Below the pieces are notes generated by a model that saw only the letters and a program-made list of their open reading frames with translations, had not been told where the DNA came from and made no database searches. Below, one piece after another: positions 8,635 to 17,200 of a DNA stretch of 41,123 nucleotides. The translations under genes and the position numbers were made by a program. The stretch is from Candidatus Parcubacteria bacterium (GTDB lineage: Bacteria > Patescibacteriota > Patescibacteriia > Patescibacteriales > UBA12075). The first letter of the stretch is position 1. Each line of letters starts with the position of its first letter. The stretch lies in assembly GCA_023137275.1 (NCBI GenBank), contig JAGLPO010000034.1, positions 1-41,123 of the forward strand, written 5' to 3'.

Positions 8635-9246
8635 TTACGTATAGTCTTTTATCATTCTATAAAATTTTTTTTGCTCTATTTTATCCATTTCAATAATATC
8701 AATCCGCAATTCTTTTATTAACAAATCAACATTCTTAAGATCTATATTTCTAAACTGCCTGGTTTTAAAGTAGAGCATGTCAAAGAGAGCTTTCGCGGGT
8801 GTTGCTATAAAGAATTCAAATTTATTTTTTACTAAAGAAAAATCTGAAAATAGGCCTTTTTTAACAGATTGATAAGAAAAAGCGCCTATTTTTGTTTTGT
8901 AATTTCTGGTGACTTTCGGCGTGACAGATGTAATAGTATGTATTGCCTCGGTGGCTAGATTATAATATTGTAGAGCGGTCCAGGAACTTACATAAGATGG
9001 TTTGCGAACAATGTTTGCAAGAAAAAACAGGTAGGAAGTATTACCTTTATTTTTAAGATAAAAATCAGCGGGTACGTATAGCCCATTTTTGAGCTGAAAA
9101 ATATCTTTGCGCTTCAAAGAGCGGCTGATATAAGAATCAACCGTAGTGTTTTTAAGGTTAAATTGTTCGCTAAGTTGACTTATGGCCTTTTTGTCAAAAA
9201 AGGGGAGTGGTTTAAGCTGATTTAGCAATATTTCTCTATATTTCAT
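8635..9246 (-). CDS. AbiEi-family antitoxin / transcriptional regulator
   Basis: LKNGLY, PSYVSSWTALQYYNL, ITSVT, IATPAKALFDMLY; 1 nt from the toxin start. Confidence 0.88.
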   Translation of the reverse strand: MKYREILLNQLKPLPFFDKKAISQLSEQFNLKNTTVDSYISRSLKRKDIFQLKNGLYVPADFYLKNKGNTSYLFFLANIVRKPSYVSSWTALQYYNLATEAIHTITSVTPKVTRNYKTKIGAFSYQSVKKGLFSDFSLVKNKFEFFIATPAKALFDMLYFKTRQFRNIDLKNVDLLIKELRIDIIEMDKIEQKKFYRMIKDYT

Positions 9247-9249
9247 AAT

Positions 9250-9287
9250 TATGATAATATCATATCAAAAATGAAATAAGATGTCAA
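9250..9287 (-). promoter_or_regulatory. Sigma70 promoter of the abiE operon with an inverted repeat over the -10
   Basis: Minus strand TTGACA(9287-9282)-17 bp-TATGAT(9264-9259); IR TATGATA-A-TATCATA at 9250-9264. Confidence 0.7.
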
Positions 9288-9474
9288 TAGATATATAGAT
9301 TAATTGAATATTAGGGATAACAAAAAGCAAAAACGAAATTTGGGCAAAGCCAGTGAAATAAAAATTCAATATGGTTTTACCAGTTGATTAGTTTTTCTTT
9401 AATTAATATTGAATTTTTTATTATGTAACCCCCCCCAAAAAAAATGATTTTTGTAATTTACAGTAAACATATAA

Positions 9475-10923
9475 TTACCTTGCGTAAATTATACTTTGAC
9501 ATTTTTTTCTCTTTGAGGAATCACTAATTTTATCACACACAGATCTGTCTTTGCTTTGTGCCGCAATATAAAAATAACATTCATCTTTTTTTGAAATACT
9601 GTTTATTTTATTGCAAATTGTTGAATCATGATTAAAGGCCGCGGCATTAAAATAGCAATCATCTCTCTCATTAACTTTATTATATAAATGTTCACAAATT
9701 TTTGGCTCCTCCTTTATCAAATCACTATAACACGATTTAAGCTGATTTCGGTCTGAAATAATAAATTTATCGCATTTAGATATCTTTACTCTAAAAATAC
9801 ATTCCTCCATAATTTTTTTATCGGCAATTTTACTGCAGCTATCTAAATCATTATTAGTTATACTGCCCCCTATATAACATTCTTCTCTTAAATTTTTGTC
9901 TTTTATCTCTTCACAATTTGAGCATTGGATGGGCACGCCAGCAGGATCAATTTCCTCGCCAAACCATGCGTATGCGTAACCTTTGTAAATACTTACGCCC
10001 AGCGCGTTCCATTTAATATTTTTCCATTCCCCGCCATTAATCATTACCATATGGTGCTTATGTGATATTTGCCATCCTTTTAACGCAAGCTCTGGTGTCG
10101 CGCTGCGAGGCTTAACGCTATCTTCAACCCAGGAAACAGCATTCTCATAGCCTTTTCCTTGGTATTCAGTTAATTCATTGGGTTTACTATTCATACATTT
10201 AGAACTTTCTCTTGATCCAGTATAACAGCAAACCGACCATCGGCCTTTGTCCGACCAGCTATGCGGGTTGCATCGCCCCTTAACAGGTTTATTTATTACT
10301 ACATCCAGAGCATGAATTTTAGCAACATAAAATAACGATTTTGATAAAGGAATTTTAGATAAGCCCAAAGATGCTCTATAATTATTTATTAATTCAGCTA
10401 ATTTTTTTTCTTCCTTTGTGATGCAAAAATTATCAACAGTAATATCAAGAAAATCTTTTGTGCCAGAATATATTTTAGGCGCGTCTTTTGCGCTTTCTCC
10501 TGTTTGAGTGTCTATTGAGCCAGTAAATTTTTTTGTTTCATTTAACTTGCCTTCGCCTAAGGGATTATAGCCGTTTCTGACTTCATCTCCGTCTTTATAT
10601 CCATCTCCGTCACTATCAGAATTTTTAGGATCTGTGCCGTAGAATGTTTCTAAAGAGTCTAATAAGCCATCATTGTCACTATCTCCGGCCTCTTCTTCTT
10701 GAGAAATATGTATATTGTAATCTTTAGTTTCAAAACCAATTTTATTGCTTGTTTTAAACCAAAAAATGATTACAGCAACAACTATTCCAGCTAACAAAAT
10801 AGAAAAAATTATTAAAAGAATATTAATTTGTTTTTTTTCACCCAGTTTATAAATTGATTGTCGCTCTTTATTATTTTTGTTTTGTTCTTGTAAATGTAAA
10901 GGAGATAGATTTTGGTTAAACAT
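9475..10923 (-). CDS. Membrane-anchored protein: TSP3-like Ca-binding repeat, CAP/SCP domain and Cys-rich repeats
   Basis: One TM; DSDNDGL...DSDGDGYKDGDEVRNGYNPLG; LINNYRASLGL...AKIHALD...GYENA...WQISHKHH; repeated C-x2-I-x5-7-C-Y/F units. Confidence 0.82.
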   Translation of the reverse strand: MFNQNLSPLHLQEQNKNNKERQSIYKLGEKKQINILLIIFSILLAGIVVAVIIFWFKTSNKIGFETKDYNIHISQEEEAGDSDNDGLLDSLETFYGTDPKNSDSDGDGYKDGDEVRNGYNPLGEGKLNETKKFTGSIDTQTGESAKDAPKIYSGTKDFLDITVDNFCITKEEKKLAELINNYRASLGLSKIPLSKSLFYVAKIHALDVVINKPVKGRCNPHSWSDKGRWSVCCYTGSRESSKCMNSKPNELTEYQGKGYENAVSWVEDSVKPRSATPELALKGWQISHKHHMVMINGGEWKNIKWNALGVSIYKGYAYAWFGEEIDPAGVPIQCSNCEEIKDKNLREECYIGGSITNNDLDSCSKIADKKIMEECIFRVKISKCDKFIISDRNQLKSCYSDLIKEEPKICEHLYNKVNERDDCYFNAAAFNHDSTICNKINSISKKDECYFYIAAQSKDRSVCDKISDSSKRKKCQSIIYAR

Positions 10924-11167
10924 AGGTTTAAATTAAATTTTTCAGATTTTTTTTGCGGGTAAACTGGAATAAAATAAAATTTTAAGCTTTAAATAAGCTT
11001 AGTTTTTTTGTTGTCAAGAATTTTATTAAAGGAGAGAGGTCTGTCCGTAACGCTCCCTGCCCGACAGTGCCAGTTTATGGCAGACGGTGAGGAATTAAAG
11101 AGGTTGCCCCTGTCCGTAGCTTTAGTAAAGGTATGTCGGCGGGTAGTGCCCCCTTGAGTTTTAACTA

Positions 11168-11503
11168 TTAAAGCTTGCTTATTTTTTCATTTAATTTTTT
11201 AAACGGAGGTGAATTTACAATAATTGCTTTGAAAGTTCCTTTAAAACTGTATTCTGTGTTGGACGGTATAAATATGACATCACCTGTTTTGCCTACAAGG
11301 TTGTTGTTAACAATAATTTTTCCTTCAAGAATAAAATATGCCCTATCACTATTCGTCTTTGTGATTTCATCGTGATTAGTAGCATTACCTACGGCAATAC
11401 TGACTTTGTCACTATTGTCAGCCGTTAAAAAATTAAATACTGAATAAGATTCAGATATTTTTCTAGCAACAGCGTCTTCTTTTTTAAAAAGTTTAATATT
11501 CAT
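11168..11503 (-). CDS. Cupin-fold protein
   Basis: YFILEGKI...GDVIFIPSNTEY...IIVNSPPF. Confidence 0.75.
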   Translation of the reverse strand: MNIKLFKKEDAVARKISESYSVFNFLTADNSDKVSIAVGNATNHDEITKTNSDRAYFILEGKIIVNNNLVGKTGDVIFIPSNTEYSFKGTFKAIIVNSPPFKKLNEKISKL

Positions 11504-11653
11504 AATGCTTTAATGGTTTGTCTAATGAAATTTTTGTCTAACATTTTGCATATCTGAAATTGTTTATTTTTTCCTTATTATTTTATAAAATTAGAAATAA
11601 ACAAGCTGGATGGAGAGTAGAGGAGAAAAATTATTTATAAAATGGCGCCCCTC

Positions 11654-11935
11654 CTATTTAAACGGAGGGGCATACCAAGACATGTTTAAGGCTTGACCCA
11701 GCCTTTTTTTTTGAAGAGCTTTGATACCCTCGTTTTCATCAGTGTTAAGCCATACTTCAGCAACAAATTCGTCTAATTTTTCAAAATCACAGTACAAACT
11801 ATCCACTACGGCCTCATCAATTTCAGGAAGAGATAAAACCATTCCGATTGGTGGCACATAGGGAAAGTCAACGATTTTTTCCAAACTGTTGTCTTCAACC
11901 AATTCCTTGTTCCTTATAACGAATTTAATGTTCAA
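11654..11935 (-). CDS. Hypothetical protein
   Basis: ORF in track. The perfect SD AAGGAGGTGA contains the track's GTG, so the in-frame TTG at 11935 is the more likely start. Confidence 0.6.
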   Translation of the reverse strand: MNIKFVIRNKELVEDNSLEKIVDFPYVPPIGMVLSLPEIDEAVVDSLYCDFEKLDEFVAEVWLNTDENEGIKALQKKRLGQALNMSWYAPPFK

Positions 11936-12087
11936 AGCGATCACCTCCTTATTGAAAGAGCATTGTTAATAAAAAAACGAATTTTATAAATGATTTTTTT
12001 CTTTACGGAATCAGATACGTTATACGATAGTGAGGAGCGATAGCGACGAAAACGCAGTACCCCCTTGAGTTGAAAAAATCGCGTTAA

Positions 12088-12606
12088 TTACTTTGTATAA
12101 ATTGATCCAAATCTACCTTCAGATAATGTTTTAACAATTTCATCAGGGACAAAAAGTTTTCCATTCATACACACATAAATACCCTCGGATAATTCTTGAG
12201 ATTTTGCAACAGCATAACCCATATTAAATCCAGCATCCGTTGGTGTAAATCCTTCAAGAGGTATCATTGAACAGACAAAAATTATAACTTTACCATGATC
12301 TTTAAGTTGTGCTTGTAAGTATCTTGCTGTATCAGGTAATGTATATGTTCCATGAGTGATAATTATTCTTTTAGAATCACTGTTTTTAACAGTTTCAAGG
12401 ATATTTTTTCTATCTGTTCCGTTTAAATCTCTACTATCTTTCATACATACTTCTGTGAATTTACAGTCTTCATATAATTTTAATATCTTTACAAATTTTG
12501 GCACAACAGAGTGTTCATTAGTTATGGCTGTGTCTTTTGTTCCGTCATAATATGAATCTATAGTGCCACCCGTTATGATGAAGTGGAGTTTATTGTTTTT
12601 TGTCAT
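12088..12606 (-). CDS. Asparaginase N-terminal domain protein
   Basis: TGGTID, KDS and ITHGTYT asparaginase motifs; C-terminal domain absent. Confidence 0.88.
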   Translation of the reverse strand: MTKNNKLHFIITGGTIDSYYDGTKDTAITNEHSVVPKFVKILKLYEDCKFTEVCMKDSRDLNGTDRKNILETVKNSDSKRIIITHGTYTLPDTARYLQAQLKDHGKVIIFVCSMIPLEGFTPTDAGFNMGYAVAKSQELSEGIYVCMNGKLFVPDEIVKTLSEGRFGSIYTK

Positions 12607-12744
12607 ATATTGTGTGTGTTAGTTAATAATATATAAAACTTTTTTGTCCTGTTTTTTATCTAAAATAAGGAAATTTTTTTTATAATTATTCTTATTTTAA
12701 GCTATTTTGAGGCTTAAGTCAATTAAATTTAGCCAATTAAACAC

Positions 12745-12769
12745 AAAAAAATCAGGTTTTTAGCCTGAG
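12745..12769 (-). terminator. Intrinsic terminator after the thermonuclease gene
   Basis: Minus strand TCAGG-loop-CCTGA followed by a T-run. Confidence 0.55.
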
Positions 12770-12779
12770 TTAAATATTA

Positions 12780-13304
12780 TTATTTTTCTTCACATTCTGT
12801 CCAGAGCCCGGCTTTTTGTTCGCGGGCGTTTTGTTCCAGCGCTCTGAATTCATCCAAACGGACAAAAGGAAAGTTGTCCAGGAGATAAGCGCAGCCTTCG
12901 GTAAGGAGTCTGGCGTTAATATGGGTATCGTTTAAATAAACATATCGAAGCAGGCGTTCGTATTTATCGCGGTCATCGTTGATCGGGTCAGGCTCCAAAC
13001 GGACGCTTTGCCAGAGCAGCAGGTCTTTGGTAAATTCACTGGCCTGCTTGCCATAACATTCTTCCCTGGTATAAGGGCTTTCTACTTCCGGGGTATCAAT
13101 GCCGATCAGGCGGACTGATTCGCGTTGGCCTTCCATTAGCACGACAATGGTATCGCCGTCATAAACATCAACTACTCGGTAAAGCTTATTGTTGTCTGGC
13201 TCGCCAAGGCTAAGCGGGTAAGCAAGCCACAGCAGGCTAACAAGAATTACAAAAGCCGGCGCGAAATAAAAAATATTATTTTTATTTTTTAGCTTAAATT
13301 TCAT
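12780..13304 (-). CDS. Thermonuclease (SNase) family, membrane-anchored or secreted
   Basis: DGDTI, VRLIGIDTPE, DKYERLLRYVY, GLW; N-terminal TM. Confidence 0.95.
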   Translation of the reverse strand: MKFKLKNKNNIFYFAPAFVILVSLLWLAYPLSLGEPDNNKLYRVVDVYDGDTIVVLMEGQRESVRLIGIDTPEVESPYTREECYGKQASEFTKDLLLWQSVRLEPDPINDDRDKYERLLRYVYLNDTHINARLLTEGCAYLLDNFPFVRLDEFRALEQNAREQKAGLWTECEEK

Positions 13305-13385
13305 AATTTAAAGCGCAATGTCTGTGTATACATTATAATTATATTTTAACAGAATTTGCTTAATTTAAAAAGTTTAGATGGTAAT

Positions 13386-13426
13386 AAAAAAAATAAGGGC
13401 GGGATGTTGATAACAACAAACCGCCC
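13386..13426 (-). terminator. Intrinsic terminator downstream of the small Cys ORFs
   Basis: GGGCGG/CCGCCC stem with inner TGTTG/CAACA and a T-rich tail on the minus strand. Confidence 0.6.
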
Positions 13427-13442
13427 CTGCCACAGGCAATAT

Positions 13443-13625
13443 CTAGCATTCTTCTAATTTTTCGTAGTGCCTGCATTCTTTGTTGTCGCAACTGCGACGT
13501 TTTAGCCAACTACCTCAAACATAACGTTCAAGGTTAAGCTCCTTGCCTTTTCCGCACGATATGCAAAGGTCCCCAGTAAAAACCACATTTCGTACGCTTG
13601 AGTCTTTAAAAAAACTACTTTCCAT
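13443..13625 (-). pseudogene. Small zinc-ribbon-like ORF interrupted by an in-frame TGA
   Basis: MESSFFKDSSVRNVVFTGDLCISCGKGKELNLERYV*GSWLKRRSCDNKECRHYEKLEEC; TGA at 13517-13515; G-rich RBS upstream, terminator downstream. Confidence 0.5.
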
Positions 13626-13673
13626 AATTACCCCCTTTTGAAAAAAATCAATACATTTTTCTTATGTTATATG

Positions 13674-13976
13674 TCACATTTCTCTTGCGTCAACCTCCTT
13701 GTTTGTGTATAGTTTTTCTATAGACAGAAATGACTCAACTTGGTCATCAACCAGAAAAGCTGTGTTATAACCCACCATGTAATATGGGTTTTTTTCATTC
13801 TCGGCTGAAATGTTATTTCTTTTGATACAACGGCAATAATCATTAAAACCCTGTTGATGATCTTTTGATGCCTGTTCGGGGTCATCGGCGATTGTCGGGC
13901 AAAAACGATGATGCTCTGTGTCGCCGTCGCTCGCGTACCTTAAACACATTGGACAATTCAGTTTTTTTTCTGCCAC
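13674..13976 (-). CDS. Hypothetical protein with possible CxxC...HxxxC zinc site
   Basis: CPMC...HHRFCP; GTG start with SD AAGGAGGT. Confidence 0.65.
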   Translation of the reverse strand: MAEKKLNCPMCLRYASDGDTEHHRFCPTIADDPEQASKDHQQGFNDYCRCIKRNNISAENEKNPYYMVGYNTAFLVDDQVESFLSIEKLYTNKEVDAREM

Positions 13977-14098
13977 AAGAAACCTCCTTTTTTGTTGGTT
14001 TTGTTGGTAAAGATTAAATGTAGTTGTGTGTGCTTGATGTTTAGTAAATCATAAAATTAATTTCGTGTCAATCGCAGAATGTTAACAAAATAATACAC

Positions 14099-14128
14099 TT
14101 GAAATTGTGTTAGCAAAAATGTTATAAT
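14099..14128 (+). promoter_or_regulatory. Putative sigma70 promoter of the giant gene
   Basis: TTGAAA(14099-14104)-18 bp-TATAAT(14123-14128) with extended TGn. Confidence 0.6.
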
Positions 14129-14246
14129 ATAGTCAATAAATCGTATTTATCCACGCTAAAAAGCAGTTAGTGGATTTTTGCGGATTTTTGGTTTTTTGTG
14201 GCTAATTTTAGCTAATCTTAAATAAAATTTATCTTCACGCTTCCCC

Positions 14247-17200
14247 ATGCTTGAGAAGATTAAAAGTTTATACAAAAACAAAGCCATTCGTTTGGCAATA
14301 TTAGTCGTTGTCTTAACGGCCGTGTTCGGGTATTCCGGCGGTCGTTTTTATATTGTCAAAGCTTTTAACAGCCGGGTAAATATTTTTCCCGGCTCTTTCG
14401 CTGTTGAGCAGATTGACAATGATTTGGTCTGGGAAAATATTGAAAAATCGTTTTATCAGGATCTGTCCGGCACTGCCGAAGGAGAAGAATTTATTAAAGA
14501 AAATTCAGCCTTTATTTTGTCTGCCAAATCCTTGGAGATTTACAAAGCCGAGCCGGAATTTGCGCCGGCTGTTAGCGAGGAAGAAACAGTGGATGATTCT
14601 GCGCCAGCTGATTTGCAAGAAGAGATTCAAGACGAAGGGATTAATGAAGCAGAATTAAAGGAGCCTGAGGAAAATGACGATTTGATTGAAGAAACAATTT
14701 TGCCAGAAGAGATTGGAGAAGACGCGGGAAGCGAGTCTGGTAAAGAATTAACACCGGAAATAATTCCTTTGGAAGCGGATGAATCTCCGGAACCAACGGG
14801 AGATCCTGAGCCGGTTGAAAACAAAGACGATGTTTCTTTATTTGACCGGGTAATTCAGGGTATTAACGGCTTTATCAGTTATACCAAAGAACTGGATATA
14901 TTTGGCTTTAAACTGGCCCGGGCCCAGGACGATAGCGCTGATTTTGTTGAGCCAAAGGCTCAATATACGCTTTTAAATCAGAATATAATATTCTCGGACT
15001 TTAGCGTACCGATTGAATATACGGAAAATAATCTGGCGCAAATAAATTTACGTTTATCTTTAGCCGCTTACAGCGAATATATTAACGATCATATATTACT
15101 GGAATATTCAATAAATAACGAGTGGCATTCTTTGGATGAGATCAGCTTAAATGAGAGAATATCCAACCGGCTTAATAACGATTATTTGCTGTATGATCTT
15201 TCTGAAAATATGAACTGGGAAGATCTGGATGATTTAAAAGTAAAAGTTAATTATTTAAATAATGACCTGGTAAGCGATGAAGATGATAAAGAGCTGGAAA
15301 TTTTTCTTGACGCTATCTGGCTGGAAGTGGATTATAATGATCCTGCAATGGAAACAGAAAACATAAGTGAAGGGAAAGTACTTGGAGCGGAAGAAGAGAG
15401 TGAAAATAACAAGAAGTATGAGTTTAAATTATTATCAGATAAGACTGACTTTGAATCATCGGAAATGCCAAATTTTAATTTCCGCATTCAAAAAAAAGAA
15501 AATTTATTGCAGCAATTATTAACCGAAATTACCCAGACATTCAGGGATGAATATAAAATTCTTAGCATGTCAGCCAAACTGCTAAATGAAGATGGCAGTG
15601 AATACGAAGACGCGGCCTTGCGCGTGAATTATTTAAAAGACGGAGAATTTGAGGTTAAATATGATAAATTGTTGCGGAAATTCAAGCCTGGAAAAAATAA
15701 AATTATAATATCAGTTAGGGAAGGGACAGAGCAATATATTTTTTCCCAGGATTTTACCTGGGGAGTATTGGCTTTAAATACTAACAAGTCCATTTATTCT
15801 CCCAAGGAAGACGCTTATCTGCAAATGGCGGTTTTGGATGATAATGGCAATACCTTGTGCGCGGTTAACGCTCTGACATTGGAAATTCGCGATCCAATCG
15901 GCCAAATATCTTATTTAACGCTTGATAATGGAAAAATAATCGCTAACCCGGAGTGCGGACCCAATAATGTTATTGACAGCCCGGATTTTTACGGTTATTA
16001 CCGGCTTGATGTTCCGGGCCGCTATGAGCTGATCCTTAAAGCAGACACGGATAATGGCGAGCGAGAGATCAGCGATTTTATAGAAGTCCATGAGGCCGTG
16101 CCGATCGCGATTGAACGAATCGGCCCGACCAGGATCTATCCGCTGGCGCGATACGCGATGCGGTTTAATATTACTCCGACCATTGATTTTGAAGGTGAAT
16201 TCAAAGAGATCGTGCCAAATGTTTTTATTGTAAAAGCGCCATCAGGCAGAATAACAAGCGGCCAGGAAGGGGAGAATATTATCAGCTGGCAGGTTGATTG
16301 GTCGGCCGGCAGAACATATGAACTTTCTTATGTTTTTGACGCTCCGGATATAAGCCCGGAATTTTATTTATTAGGTCCGGCCAAGGCTGGCGGCCGGGGC
16401 ACTTTTCTTCTGGCAGACTCGTTAATTAAAGAGGCTTTAATTCAAAAAGAAATCAGGCAATGGCAAATCGCGTCTGATGATCTAACGATTTTATTTACCA
16501 AGGATTCAACAACCGCTAACGATTATAATACAACCGAAGAAACTTTGCTTTCTTTGTCAGGCTTTGATAGCGGAGAAACCTATATAATATTCGGCGGAGT
16601 CGGCAGCAGCCGCTATGACGGCGCGTCAAACCGCAACGAGATCGGCTTATCCATCCAGGCCAATGAAACCCATCTCCCTAACCTGAACGAATTTGTGGAA
16701 GGTCCGCGGTCCGATGACGGAGCTTCGGTGTTTATGATGGGCAAGCGCGAGTGGGACACCGAGACCTTATATTTAAGGGCTGACAGCACCGCTACGGCCG
16801 ATGCCGAGGATTATTTCCTTATGGCCATGGCCACTTCCACCATGGGAACTTATGGCCAGGATTATTTTTGGAATGATCATATTAACACCGCTGATTTGCC
16901 AGCCAACCCAACGTTCAGCGAATACGCGTCCACTACTTTTCTCTCGGACGGAAGCAGTGAATATCTGGTTATCGGCGTTATGGAAGCGGCCGTTGACGCT
17001 GATAGCCAATGGATTGAAATGGATATTTATAACGGAAGCGCGTCCATGGTTGAGCATGTCCGGGACGCCGAAGACATAGCTGACACGATCCAACTTTTTG
17101 CCGCCACTTCAACCAGGCCAACGGCCGGCACAACCACGATCTCTATCCGGGGCAGGGCATCGGCCGGCACGACCGGCGACCATTTAAGTTCGCGAATACT

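Noticed and set aside
11041-11160. tRNA or known riboswitch in the GC-rich intergenic tract
   Set aside because: No cloverleaf, T-loop or recognisable aptamer consensus; better explained as a degenerate repeat.
13515-13517. Selenocysteine codon
   Set aside because: The TGA is not at a Cys-motif position, no convincing adjacent SECIS hairpin was seen, and no sel genes are in the window.
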